A stretch of DNA of 64,000 nt from Patescibacteria group bacterium (GTDB lineage: Bacteria; Patescibacteriota; Minisyncoccia; Phycocordibacterales; UBA918). The notes under the pieces are model-generated. The model had not been told where the DNA came from. It ran no database searches and saw nothing but the letters and a program-made list of their open reading frames with translations. The stretch's first letter is position 1. Each line of letters starts with the position of its first letter. The stretch lies in NCBI GenBank assembly GCA_019745315.1, contig JAIETH010000001.1, forward strand, positions 90,526 through 154,525. The letters are read 5' to 3'. The translations under genes were made by a program, and so were the position numbers. This document shows, piece after piece, positions 50,868 to 61,262 of the stretch.

Positions 50868-51707
50868 ATGCCACACAGTATTAATGTACGAAAAGCAGAC
50901 GGAACGCTCGAGGCTTTCAGAATGGAAAAACTCACTGACTCTTTGAGGCGCTCGGGAGCAACGGATGGGGAGGTGGTACATATAACGCGAGACATAGAAA
51001 AAACACTCGTTGACGGTATGACGACCGAAGCGATTTACAAAAAAGCCTTTACCCTATTGCGGAGTGGGGAGCATTTGACCGCTGCTCGTTATTCACTCCG
51101 ACGCGCCATGACAGGACTTGGCCCGACAGGATTTCCGTTTGAAGATTACCTCGCTCGTCTTTTTACGTATCAGGGATACAGTGTGGATGCTCGCGTGGAG
51201 CTTCAGGGGAAATGCATTTCTCATGAAATTGATATGCTCGCATTTAAAGAGGGGGTATGTCTCATAGGAGAAGCAAAGTTCCATGCACAAGTTGGTGTGA
51301 AGTCTGATGTACAAGTTGCATTGTATTCGCACGCACGATTCCTTGATATTGCGAGTGTTCCTATGCAAGGGAAGCTTGCCAATACTAAGCTTGAGTCATA
51401 TCTCATAACGAATACAAAGTTTACTTCGATGGCAATACAGTATGCAGAATGTGTCGGTACGCACTTGCTCTCATGGGATTATCCGAAGGTAGGGAATCTC
51501 CAGGAATTGATTCAAACATCAGGACTCTATCCAGTGACAGTTCTTCAGACACTCTCTCTCGCAGAGAAACGAAGTCTTCTTTCACAGGGTACTGTGCTCT
51601 GTAAAGATATTCTTGACAACGATTCTGTATTAAGTTCTATTGGTGTTTCTCGTACGAAAATAAGCCGTGTTTTAGACGAAGGTTCACGTCTCTGTATAAT
51701 TAAATAG
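50868..51707 (+). CDS. ATP-cone + restriction-endonuclease-like domain protein
   Basis: V.K.DG..E.F...K, G.PFE, HEID, EAKFH. Confidence 0.75.
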   Translation: MPHSINVRKADGTLEAFRMEKLTDSLRRSGATDGEVVHITRDIEKTLVDGMTTEAIYKKAFTLLRSGEHLTAARYSLRRAMTGLGPTGFPFEDYLARLFTYQGYSVDARVELQGKCISHEIDMLAFKEGVCLIGEAKFHAQVGVKSDVQVALYSHARFLDIASVPMQGKLANTKLESYLITNTKFTSMAIQYAECVGTHLLSWDYPKVGNLQELIQTSGLYPVTVLQTLSLAEKRSLLSQGTVLCKDILDNDSVLSSIGVSRTKISRVLDEGSRLCIIK

Positions 51708-51751
51708 GCTATGTTATACTATCAGCCATTAATAATGGTTAGTATTCCTAT

Positions 51752-52312
51752 ATGGATGAACAGAAACAAAAAACAGTCGTAGCGTTTGTAGTTGGGTTGC
51801 TTATTGGAGGGTTGTTGGTTTGGATTTTTTCAATCACACCAGACAACAAAAAGTCGTCTGATACAAAAAACACATCGGAATTTACAGAAAATACAGATGA
51901 AAATGCGTCTGATACAAATAAAGCTACTTCATCAGAGGAGAAAAAAGACGAAGTTATATCAACTGGGATCGTAGTAGAGAATGGTTCAGGTTCTATCGTA
52001 GTTGAGGATCAGTCTGCTGGTCTCTCTGTGGCAATTGCTTCAGTGCTTATGCCAGTTTCAAATGGATGGATTGTAGTTCATGAAATTAATGACGATGGCA
52101 CCTTGAGTAACATTCTCGGAGCTGCACGCTTCAGTGAGTCTGAAGACTTGATGCCAAAGTCAGTAGAGTTACTTCGCACAACTAAGGCAGGAGCAACATA
52201 CAAAGTAGTTATTTACGGAGGAAACGAAGATCGTATGTTTGATAAGGTTGCAGATATGCCTATCACTATGACAGGAGGATACCGAATTGAAGATTCATTT
52301 GTTGCGAAGTAA
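51752..52312 (+). CDS. membrane-anchored hypothetical protein
   Basis: N-terminal TM helix, V.DQ.AG..V, GWIVVH, ILGA. Confidence 0.65.
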   Translation: MDEQKQKTVVAFVVGLLIGGLLVWIFSITPDNKKSSDTKNTSEFTENTDENASDTNKATSSEEKKDEVISTGIVVENGSGSIVVEDQSAGLSVAIASVLMPVSNGWIVVHEINDDGTLSNILGAARFSESEDLMPKSVELLRTTKAGATYKVVIYGGNEDRMFDKVADMPITMTGGYRIEDSFVAK

Positions 52313-52384
52313 ATTACATACTTTGAAACACAAAAAAGCACCTCTCGAGGTGTTTTTTTGTATGAAAAAACTCTCCAAAGAGAG

Positions 52385-52678
52385 TTAGTTGAGTCTTGAG
52401 TTGAACAGAGACCACGTTTTGTCTCTGCGATGCAGAGAAATGAAGTCGGCGATCTCCAACCTGATCCACACTTCTGCAGTGGGATCGGAGGTTTTCGTGC
52501 CAGGTGTGTGGGTCACGTGGTCAATTTCTACGGTCAGCTCACTTAGAGTCATTTCGTCGCCCTTGCTTGGAGGGAAGAGGAAAAGCATATCCTGCTTCAG
52601 TGTTCTCCCCGTATCCATGGGTGCTTTGCCTTCTTCAGTAAGGACTTCTTCGATGGTCACGGGCAATGTAATAAACAT
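52385..52678 (-). CDS. hypothetical protein (stand-alone cassette)
   Basis: SD GGAGGT, terminator AACTCTC/GAGAGTT-TTTT-CATAC. Confidence 0.65.
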   Translation of the reverse strand: MFITLPVTIEEVLTEEGKAPMDTGRTLKQDMLFLFPPSKGDEMTLSELTVEIDHVTHTPGTKTSDPTAEVWIRLEIADFISLHRRDKTWSLFNSRLN

Positions 52679-52777
52679 TTGACCTCCAATAACGATCTAA
52701 AAACTATAATTACCATATAACATTAATAGTATTACGTCAATATATTGTGCAGATAGTATAAGTTTCAATGACCTCGC

Positions 52778-53602
52778 GTGATACAATGGGCTTCTATGGG
52801 TTTTGGGTATAGTGTGCGTAAAAAAGAATACTGCTTTGATCCTGTGCGTCACGGGAAAAAGAGTACAAGTCCGTATGCTATTAGTCGTTCTAAAATTGAT
52901 CTCTTCGTAGAGTGTCCCCGTTGTTTCTATCTTGACCAGCGTCTTGGTATTAAGCGACCAGATAGCTATCCGCTTACGCTTAATAATGCAGTTGATGAGT
53001 TGATGAAACGTGAGTTTGATCTTGTGCGTGTAAATAAAGAGCCGCACCCTCTGATGGAAGAAGCAGGAATTGATGCTGTTCCATATACTCATAAAGATCT
53101 TGAATTGTGGCGAGATGCTATGAAAAATGGTGTTAAATATCTTGAACCAGAAACAAATTTGATTATACGAGGAGGGATTGATGATGTATGGGAAAACAGT
53201 CAAGGAGAATTACATGTTGTTGATTACAAGGCGACAAGTAAAAAAGAGCAAGTCACCCTTGATGCTGAGTGGCAAAATGCATATAAGCGACAAGTTGAGG
53301 TGTACCAGTGGCTTTTTCTGAAAAATGGATTCAAAGTATCTCCGATTGCATATTTTGTGTATGCAAATGGTAATTCAGATGCAGATACGTTTGATGCGAC
53401 CCTTGAATTCGACATGACTATTATTCCGTACACAGGATCTACGGACTGGATTCAAGGGACTGTCGAGAAGCTATATGCATGTCTTATGGAAGAGAGTACG
53501 CCAAAAGCAGGGAAGGATTGTTCGTACTGCATGTATCGCGAGGTTGCGGGAAAAACTCTCTATGCTGAAATGGTTGCACAAAAGAAAAAGCAAAAAGAAT
53601 AA
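52778..53602 (+). CDS. PD-(D/E)XK nuclease (AddB/Cas4-like)
   Basis: S.S.I..F..CPR.FY, G.IDD, VDYK, Q...Y, C..C.Y; start uncertain. Confidence 0.85.
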   Translation: MIQWASMGFGYSVRKKEYCFDPVRHGKKSTSPYAISRSKIDLFVECPRCFYLDQRLGIKRPDSYPLTLNNAVDELMKREFDLVRVNKEPHPLMEEAGIDAVPYTHKDLELWRDAMKNGVKYLEPETNLIIRGGIDDVWENSQGELHVVDYKATSKKEQVTLDAEWQNAYKRQVEVYQWLFLKNGFKVSPIAYFVYANGNSDADTFDATLEFDMTIIPYTGSTDWIQGTVEKLYACLMEESTPKAGKDCSYCMYREVAGKTLYAEMVAQKKKQKE

Positions 53603-53608
53603 TATTGT

Positions 53609-53908
53609 ATGGAACTATATATCACTTCTTCAGCTCGTAAGAAAAACATACCTACGCCGTTTGCTGAGGCAGTGCGTGCGGTGGTGCGGAAGATTCCAAG
53701 AGGAGAAGTTCTTTCATATAAAGAGGTGGCAGAGCGTGCGGGGAGTCCTCGTGCATATCGCGCAGTAGCGACCGTTATGGCACATAATTTTGACTCGACC
53801 GTGCCATGTCATAGAGTTATAAAAAACGATGGTACTCCTGGAGGGTATAATCGAGGAGGCGCTTCTAAAAAACGATTACTTCTCATAGAGGAAGGGGTTT
53901 CAATTTAG
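53609..53908 (+). CDS. O6-alkylguanine DNA alkyltransferase (MGMT) family
   Basis: IPRG...SY..VA...G.P...RAV, PCHRV. Confidence 0.9.
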   Translation: MELYITSSARKKNIPTPFAEAVRAVVRKIPRGEVLSYKEVAERAGSPRAYRAVATVMAHNFDSTVPCHRVIKNDGTPGGYNRGGASKKRLLLIEEGVSI

Positions 53909-53909
53909 T

Positions 53910-54494
53910 ATGATGTATTCATATCGTATCGAGCAGGCGATTCGTGCAGCGACAGTATTGCACCAAGGGCAATTTCGCCGTGGTAAGGCGCCATTCCCAT
54001 ACGTATCACATCTTTTTTCTGTTGCATGCATTATTGCTGATTATACAAAGGATGAAGATATTGTGATTGCGGGACTTCTCCACGACACTCTTGAAGATAC
54101 TGAATACACGGCAGAAGAGCTTGCGGCAGACTTCGGATCACGTGTACAGAGTATTGTGCTCGGAGTTTCAGAGCGTACTGATCCAAAAGATCCTCGTCCG
54201 TGGTTTGAGCGCAAAGATGCGTACATTGCTACTCTTGCGAATGCGAGCGAAGAATCTCGTATCGTTGCTGCGGCTGATACCATTCATAACTTACGTTCAG
54301 TTATCGAGGAATATCAAGGAAATTTCGAACGATATCTCCTCGATTTTGGTGGCTCACTCGAGCAACGCCTCTCGTTATATGAACGAAAAAGCCAGGTCTT
54401 TAATGAGGGTATTGAAAATGCTATTGTTGAGGAGTTCAATCATGTGTTTGAAGAGTATAAAAACTTTATTCGGCAGGAGAGTACTCTACTATGA
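53910..54494 (+). CDS. HD-domain hydrolase (Mesh1 / small alarmone hydrolase-like)
   Basis: H.GQ.R....PY..H, LLHDTLEDT, AD..HN. Confidence 0.85.
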   Translation: MMYSYRIEQAIRAATVLHQGQFRRGKAPFPYVSHLFSVACIIADYTKDEDIVIAGLLHDTLEDTEYTAEELAADFGSRVQSIVLGVSERTDPKDPRPWFERKDAYIATLANASEESRIVAAADTIHNLRSVIEEYQGNFERYLLDFGGSLEQRLSLYERKSQVFNEGIENAIVEEFNHVFEEYKNFIRQESTLL

Positions 54495-55777
54495 AAATAC
54501 CAAAACAATTTCGGCACGAAAGCACCATAGAGAACGCTGAGGAGTATCTCTATACAAAAAATGGCTTACGGGTGCTCTATGTTCATATTCCTGGATGTGA
54601 CGCAGTCATTTCTAATATTGTGTACCTTGTTGGTGCTCGGCACGAGGCGCGTGGCAAGACGGGTATTGCGCATATGCTTGAGCATATGCTTTTCAAGAAC
54701 ACGAAAGATAAGCATGGAAAAAAAGTACCTGTTCCTCGATATATTCCCCTTCAAAATAAAGGTGCGAGCTTGAACGCTTCTACATGGATCGATCGAACCA
54801 ATTACTACTTTGTAATGCCTCCGCAGTATCTTGGAGAGATGCTCCAGGCTGAAGCAGAGCGTATGCGAGGGTTAATTCTTACACCCAAAGAGTTTGCTCC
54901 TGAACAACAGAATGTGCTTTCTGAATATGAAATGTATAGTGAGAATCCTGAATTTATACTTAACGCTGCGGTAACTGCTCAGGCATTTGTATCACACGGA
55001 TACGGTCATGAAACGATTGGATATAAATCAGATATTGAAAATCTCACGTGTGAGGATTTACAGTCGTTTTATGACACATACTACTGGCCTAATAATGCAT
55101 ATCTCGTGATTGCGGGAGATATTTCTCGAGAAACAGCTTTGAATTGTGTTGATGAGCATTTTTCTCATATTCCAAAATCTCCGAAACCTATTCCACAGCT
55201 GGCAATCGTAGAGCCCTCGGCTCTCGGTGCGCGTTCAATATATATCGAACGAAAAAACCCTGTGACATTAACGATGCGTTCATATGTTGCGCCTCGTGCG
55301 CAAGACCCTGCGTGGATTCATGCGTATATTGCACTCACGTATCTCGCGTCAGGCAAATTGTCACCGCTCTATAAAAAACTCGTTGAAACAAATAAAGCTT
55401 CCTCTATTACTCCGTCACTGATGCCGTCCTATGATCCATTTCTCTTTTCAATTACCTGCACCGTATCTCAAGGAGTAATGCCAGAGGATGTGCAGAAAAT
55501 CATGGAAGCAGAAATAGAATCCCTGAAAGCGCATCCTATTTCTCTTAAAGATTGTGCGCGTATAAAAAATAAGTTGATAGCAGATATGTTGTATGGTCGC
55601 GATGGTGCTCAGGCTGTTGCACGAGAGCTGACTGAGTACATAGCCGGAGGAAGCTGGAAGCATTACTTCAGTGTTATTGAGGATATTGAAAATACATCTA
55701 GTGCTGATATACAAAGTTTTGCAAAAAAATGGCTTGATACTACGTCATGTATAACAGGTACGTTCAAAGGAATATGA
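54491..55777 (+). CDS. M16 family metallopeptidase, catalytic subunit
   Basis: HMLEH, NA.T..DRTNY. Confidence 0.92.
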   Translation: MKIPKQFRHESTIENAEEYLYTKNGLRVLYVHIPGCDAVISNIVYLVGARHEARGKTGIAHMLEHMLFKNTKDKHGKKVPVPRYIPLQNKGASLNASTWIDRTNYYFVMPPQYLGEMLQAEAERMRGLILTPKEFAPEQQNVLSEYEMYSENPEFILNAAVTAQAFVSHGYGHETIGYKSDIENLTCEDLQSFYDTYYWPNNAYLVIAGDISRETALNCVDEHFSHIPKSPKPIPQLAIVEPSALGARSIYIERKNPVTLTMRSYVAPRAQDPAWIHAYIALTYLASGKLSPLYKKLVETNKASSITPSLMPSYDPFLFSITCTVSQGVMPEDVQKIMEAEIESLKAHPISLKDCARIKNKLIADMLYGRDGAQAVARELTEYIAGGSWKHYFSVIEDIENTSSADIQSFAKKWLDTTSCITGTFKGI

Positions 55778-57087
55778 AACACGAATACACATACACAGAG
55801 GGTGGAGAAGGAAAGGATGGTCTACATGTCCTCACTATTGTGTCGCCAGAAGATGATGTGGTGCGTCTGCATCTAACCTCTAATCTTTCTCTGTCTGGCA
55901 AAGACTCCCTCTTTATACAGTTTTTTTCAGATATGCTTGAGAGAGGAAGTCGTATGTATACAAAAGATGCATATGAAGAGGCCTTGGAGACGCTTGGGGC
56001 GCAGGTGGCAATAGATGCTCTCGACGCATCTCTCCATATAGAAATGACATGTAGAAAAAGTGTTGTGGAGGATGTTGTTTCGATACTTGTAGCGACACTG
56101 AGTCGACCAGTATTTCTTCCAAAAGAAATAGAAAAACTCAAAAAAGAATACGCACAACATCTCCATGAAGAGAAAGATAATAGTCGGGCATTATCATACG
56201 GAATGTTTGCACGACACATCTATTCTGAAAATGAAGTAGGGTACGTACCAACCCTTGCTGTTCGTACTGCACAATTAAAAAAAATCACACAAAAAACATT
56301 GAGAGATATGCATACTCTTTTTGTGTCGGGTGTATGGCACCTTAGTGTTTGTGCAGATTCTTCGGTCTTTAGCAAGGTAGTTCCTCAGCTATCAGCGCTT
56401 CATGTGTCGACTGTGCGTGCACAAAAAACTGCTCCAGTAGCTACGCTACTTCCTCAAAAAGAAGAATTTCTTCTTGTCCCGGAGAAGCAAAACATAGAGT
56501 TTTTTATGGGTAATAGACTTCCTCTCACTCTTGCAAACGAAGACTTCCTCGCATTTTCATTTGGTATTGATGTGTTGGGAAAGCGCGGCGGGTTTGCGGG
56601 TCGCCTCATGAGTACCGTACGAGAAAAAGAAGGGCTCACGTATTCAATTTATGCATGGATACAAGGGGTAACTACGCGCCGCTCCGGTCATTGGCAAATC
56701 TTTACATTTTTTACTCCAAAAGATGCATGGCGTGGCATTACATCGACTATGCGTGAAGTGACACAGCTTATCGAAAAAGGTGTATCTGAGGCTGATGTAA
56801 AGCGTTTTAAAGAATTGCTTACAAATCAATTTCAACTCGCTCATGAATCAAAAGCTTCCACACTCGCTCTCTATCATGCGGCGGCGGTAGGAGGGCGCTC
56901 TCCTGAGGATGTTGCGACATATCCAACCCGCATACAAAAACTAACTAAAAAAGAAATTAATGCAGCTCTGGCTACCTACCTCAAGCCAGATGCGATAGTG
57001 ATCACGAGGGCGGGCGCAACAGGTACCATGGGAGATCGTCCTGTCGGCGTTGCGTCATTGAAGAAAGGTATAAATGTGAGACAATAA
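55774..57087 (+). CDS. M16 family non-catalytic subunit
   Basis: GG...RL...VREKEGLTY; no HxxEH. Confidence 0.85.
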   Translation: MKHEYTYTEGGEGKDGLHVLTIVSPEDDVVRLHLTSNLSLSGKDSLFIQFFSDMLERGSRMYTKDAYEEALETLGAQVAIDALDASLHIEMTCRKSVVEDVVSILVATLSRPVFLPKEIEKLKKEYAQHLHEEKDNSRALSYGMFARHIYSENEVGYVPTLAVRTAQLKKITQKTLRDMHTLFVSGVWHLSVCADSSVFSKVVPQLSALHVSTVRAQKTAPVATLLPQKEEFLLVPEKQNIEFFMGNRLPLTLANEDFLAFSFGIDVLGKRGGFAGRLMSTVREKEGLTYSIYAWIQGVTTRRSGHWQIFTFFTPKDAWRGITSTMREVTQLIEKGVSEADVKRFKELLTNQFQLAHESKASTLALYHAAAVGGRSPEDVATYPTRIQKLTKKEINAALATYLKPDAIVITRAGATGTMGDRPVGVASLKKGINVRQ

Positions 57088-57092
57088 GCCGT

Positions 57093-57320
57093 ATGATTAC
57101 GTTATATACAGCGCTGACATTGGGGACAATTGGGAAATTGATACTGGGTATTGCAGTTCTGCGTGTACACGCCTATATTATCAAAGAGCATAGGATAGAT
57201 GATGTCGTCCTCCGCGCCATGAAGCGAGAGCGTTACATCACTGTTGGAGGCGTTATTCTGATACTTATTGGATACGCCATGGAGATCTATTTTTACGCGA
57301 ATGTGCCTTTAGTACTCTAA
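57093..57320 (+). CDS. small 2-TM membrane protein
   Basis: LRVH....KEH.ID..V...M.RE between two TM helices. Confidence 0.65.
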   Translation: MITLYTALTLGTIGKLILGIAVLRVHAYIIKEHRIDDVVLRAMKRERYITVGGVILILIGYAMEIYFYANVPLVL

Positions 57321-57329
57321 TTAGTGTAT

Positions 57330-59201
57330 ATGTCTGGAGAAGAAATACGTTCTAAATATTTAGAATTCTTTAAGCGCCACGATCATGCGGTTATTCCGTC
57401 GTCTGCACTGGTGCCTGAGAATGATCCAACAACTCTTTTTACCGGGAGTGGAATGCAGCCTCTTGTCCCATACCTTATGGGAGAGGTACACCCGAAAGGA
57501 ACTCGTCTCACAGACTCACAAAAATGTTTTCGTGCAGAAGATATTGATGAGGTTGGAGATAATCGCCATACAACCTTTTTTGAGATGCTTGGAAACTGGT
57601 CTCTCGGTGATTACTTCAAGAAAGAACAACTTCGATGGTTTTTCACATTTCTTGTTGATGAAGTAGGTCTTGATCCCCAGAGGATTTATGTGAGTGTATT
57701 TGCAGGAGACGAATCTTTGGGAATTCCAAAAGACGATGAGGCTGTCGCTATCTGGAAAGAACTCTTTCTTGAGCGTGGTATAGAGGCGCACGATGTATTT
57801 ATCGGTTCTGAAGAGGATGGATATGAGAAAGGTATGCAAGGAGGTCGTATCTTTTACTATGATGCTGCAAAAAACTGGTGGAGTAGAGCAGGAAAGCCAA
57901 GCAAGATGCCTGTTGGAGAGATCGGTGGACCAGATAGCGAAGTTTTTTATGATTTTGGTCCTGAATACGCAACCCATCCTGACTTTAAAGATAAAGAACC
58001 GCATCCAAACAGTGACTCAGGACAATTCCTTGAAATAGGAAATTCTGTTTTTATTGAATATATAAAACAAGAAGACGGATCGTTTACAAAACTTCCTCAA
58101 AGAAATGTTGATTTCGGAGGAGGGCTTGAACGTATTGCTGCGGCGCGCGTAGGTACGCCGGATGTGTTTAAGGTGGATCTTTTGTGGAATGTGATAGAGC
58201 AAATCCAAACTCTTTCAGGCAAAAAGTATGAGGACAATCTTGTTGCATTTCGTGTGGTGACTGACCATATTCGAGGAGCTACCTTTATGATTGGGGACGG
58301 TATACATCCTGGAAATACTGAGCAGCCGTACTTCGTGCGTCGCTTGGTGCGCCGTGCGGTGCGCTACGCTGATATGCTCCGAATTCCTGCAGGTGAGCTT
58401 AAAAACCTGTCTCGTAGCGTTATAGAGACCTATAAAGGGCACTATACAAATCTCAGAGAGAAGCAGAATGAAATAATTGATGCGATTGGGAAAGAAGAGG
58501 AGCAATTTCGTAAAACACTTGAACGAGGACTTAAAGAGTTTGAAAAAATTAAAGAGTCTCATATAGATGGACCAACTGTTGCGCTTCTCTTTACTACATA
58601 CGGTTTCCCGTATGAACTTATTCTTGAGGTAGCAAAAGAGTCTGGAAAAACAGTCGACGAGGCTGGTTTCAAAGAGGAGATGCAGAAACATCAAGAGCTT
58701 TCTCGCGCAGGAGCTGAGCACAAGTTTAAAGGAGGACTTGCTGATCACTCAGAAAAAGTTGTGCAGTATCACACTGCAACGCACCTTTTGCTTGCAGGGC
58801 TGCGAAAAGAACTAGGAGATCACGTGCATCAGGCTGGATCTAATATTACCGGCGAGCGACTTCGTTTTGACTTTACGCATGGAGAAAAGGTAAGTGGCGA
58901 TGTACTCCGCAAAGTTGAAGTATTTGTAAACGACGTTATACAAAAAGGAGCAGAGGTGACAATGGAGATTCGTGATAAAGAAGAAGCGCGAAAGGATCCA
59001 ACCATTGAGGCAAGTTTCTGGGAGCGATATCCTGATCAGGTAAAGGTGTATTCGATGACAGGGGAGAATGGTGAACTCTACTCTCGCGAGTTGTGTGGTG
59101 GGCCTCATGTGCAAAATACAAAAGGTATAGGAACCTTTAAAATCCAAAAAGAAGAAGCTGTCGCTGCTGGGATTCGTCGTATCAAGGCCACCTTGGAATA
59201 A
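57330..59201 (+). CDS. alaS: alanine--tRNA ligase (lacking the C-Ala domain)
   Basis: HTTFFEMLGNWS.GDYFK, G.GLER, HTATHLL, ELCGGPHV. Confidence 0.95.
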   Translation: MSGEEIRSKYLEFFKRHDHAVIPSSALVPENDPTTLFTGSGMQPLVPYLMGEVHPKGTRLTDSQKCFRAEDIDEVGDNRHTTFFEMLGNWSLGDYFKKEQLRWFFTFLVDEVGLDPQRIYVSVFAGDESLGIPKDDEAVAIWKELFLERGIEAHDVFIGSEEDGYEKGMQGGRIFYYDAAKNWWSRAGKPSKMPVGEIGGPDSEVFYDFGPEYATHPDFKDKEPHPNSDSGQFLEIGNSVFIEYIKQEDGSFTKLPQRNVDFGGGLERIAAARVGTPDVFKVDLLWNVIEQIQTLSGKKYEDNLVAFRVVTDHIRGATFMIGDGIHPGNTEQPYFVRRLVRRAVRYADMLRIPAGELKNLSRSVIETYKGHYTNLREKQNEIIDAIGKEEEQFRKTLERGLKEFEKIKESHIDGPTVALLFTTYGFPYELILEVAKESGKTVDEAGFKEEMQKHQELSRAGAEHKFKGGLADHSEKVVQYHTATHLLLAGLRKELGDHVHQAGSNITGERLRFDFTHGEKVSGDVLRKVEVFVNDVIQKGAEVTMEIRDKEEARKDPTIEASFWERYPDQVKVYSMTGENGELYSRELCGGPHVQNTKGIGTFKIQKEEAVAAGIRRIKATLE

Positions 59202-59294
59202 TTTTAAAAAACTATATATGCGGTTATTGCATATATAGTTTTTTTATGTTCTAATAATTTTAGAATACAACATACAGTACAAGGAGTACGTTTC

Positions 59295-59967
59295 GTGGAC
59301 ATCCATAGGATGCGCGAACTTGAAGAATTAGAGAGCCTTCTTGGTATTTCATTTCAAGATCTTGAATGCCGCTCTTACGCATATCTCATATAACGAGAAG
59401 GAGAATAATGAAGCTTTTGAGTTTCGAGGTGATCGGGTTTTGAACCTTGTCATGGCGGACGCGCTCTGTGAAGCTTATCCCAGAGCAACTCCCGGAGAGT
59501 TAAGCGATCTTCTTCAAAGTTGGACAAGTAATAAGATTCTTACCCGGATCGGGAATCGTTTCGGAATATATAATTTTTTATTGCGACAAGAGCTGCTCAC
59601 TGAAGGTATGGTTGCTGATGCTGTTGAAGCACTTATTGGTGCCTACTTTTTCGAGAATGGATACGATAAAACAGCGCAATTTGTACTGCAACTATTTGGA
59701 AAAGAGGTGGTGAATATTGATACTATTAATATTCACTCCAAGACTCTTTTGCAGAACGAAACGCGTAGGATTTGGAAGAAGGCGCCCGAGTATGTTTTGT
59801 TGTATGTAGATCCTGAAAGAGCTCTTTTTTGTTCAGAGGTCCGTGTAAAAGGGGCATTTCTCGGTTTTGGGCTCGGAGGTACAAAAAAAGAAAGTGAGCA
59901 GGAGGCCGCATATGCAGTGCTGCAAAAATTAAAGAGTGGGAGAATTCCTACTATAGCCAAGCGTTAA
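59295..59967 (+). pseudogene. rnc: divergent ribonuclease III with a frameshift near codon 22
   Basis: LE..LGISFQD in one frame; ILNAALTH.SY, EF.GD, AD.VEALIGA and dsRBD in the +1 frame. Confidence 0.75.
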
Positions 59968-60041
59968 CGCTTGGCTTTTTCTATCCCCATAAAGTCGAGT
60001 CTTTTGTTAAATGATGCCGTTCTTCGCCTATAATAGAGATA

Positions 60042-61235
60042 ATGATTTTCAGTTTTGGGAAGCATGATACCAATTATGGCGTTATTGTTGACGTGCACTC
60101 GGGGAGCGTTGGTATTGCTCTGGTTCATAGCGATCCTACAAGTAACAAGCCTAAAATACTTTTTTCTTTTAGAGAGTACTTAAAAATTCTTGATGCTCCT
60201 GATACGCCAAGCTTGCTTCGGGCACTCACTGCTGCGCTTGCTGTTGCAACAGAGGCGCTTTCTAAAGACGGGATGCGTGTACTTATGGCGCACGACACAA
60301 AGGCACGTATTAGTAAGGTTTTGTTGGTGTGTGGAGCTCCGTGGGCACAGACCGTCACACGCTTTATTCATGTCGAGGATACTGAGCCATTTGTTATCAC
60401 TGAGGAAAAGGTGAAGTCCCTCATTGTTGAGGCAGAACGAAGAGATGAAACTGAGCTGAAGACATCAGATTTGCTTAAAGAATTAAATGTGAGCTTAGTT
60501 GAGCGCGCTGTTGTTAATACAGCGATAAACGGATATTTCGTTGAAGATCCGTACGGTAAAAAAGGAACAGAGTTTTCTCTCGCTCATATCTCAGGTCTCA
60601 TCCCAGAAATTATAGTAAAGGGAATTGAAAGCCTTGAACATAAAGCGTCGCTTCATGTGGTGCGAAAAACTCATACCTTTGCACTCGTACTGTTCTGTGT
60701 TGTGCGTGATCTTTACCCAAAAATAACGCAAGCCTTGATTGTCGACATATCAGGAGAAGCTACTGAGCTTTGCATTATGCAGGAAGAAGTTCTCATGGAG
60801 ACCTGTGTGTTCCCATATGGTACCCATTCGTTTGTGAGAGACATTGGTGCTCTGCTTAATAATACGTTTCCAGAAGAAGTTTTAGGTCATTTGCGTGAGT
60901 ATGGCCCAGAGTCAGATGAAAAAATTAAGAAAGCAGTGACGGTGACCCAAGAGCGATATCTTAAAAAGCTTGAAGAAGCTCTCATTCTTTTGGAAGAGCG
61001 ATATACTATTCCACGTCATTGTATTCAGGTTACCAGTAAAAATCTTGGCGCTTTCTTTGATCCCTTGATTGAAGGATTTATTACGAAGTATAAAAGTAAA
61101 GAAGTACGCTCTTTCATCTCTCTCAATAAAGATCTTCTATCAGAAAAAAAAGACGCCGAACAAAATAAAGATGTCTTTTTTGTTGTAGAAGCACGCTTTT
61201 TCCACAAACTACATGCATGTGGAGAAATTACATAG
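60042..61235 (+). CDS. FtsA-like actin-fold hypothetical protein
   Basis: IVDV.SGSV, INGY....P.G, VDISGE.TE. Confidence 0.55.
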   Translation: MIFSFGKHDTNYGVIVDVHSGSVGIALVHSDPTSNKPKILFSFREYLKILDAPDTPSLLRALTAALAVATEALSKDGMRVLMAHDTKARISKVLLVCGAPWAQTVTRFIHVEDTEPFVITEEKVKSLIVEAERRDETELKTSDLLKELNVSLVERAVVNTAINGYFVEDPYGKKGTEFSLAHISGLIPEIIVKGIESLEHKASLHVVRKTHTFALVLFCVVRDLYPKITQALIVDISGEATELCIMQEEVLMETCVFPYGTHSFVRDIGALLNNTFPEEVLGHLREYGPESDEKIKKAVTVTQERYLKKLEEALILLEERYTIPRHCIQVTSKNLGAFFDPLIEGFITKYKSKEVRSFISLNKDLLSEKKDAEQNKDVFFVVEARFFHKLHACGEIT

Positions 61236-61262
61236 TTAAAGAATGGTATACTTCTTTTACAC

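Noticed and set aside
52778-53602. Cas4 / CRISPR system
   Set aside because: This is a solo PD-(D/E)XK nuclease. No other cas genes and no repeat-spacer array were seen in the window.
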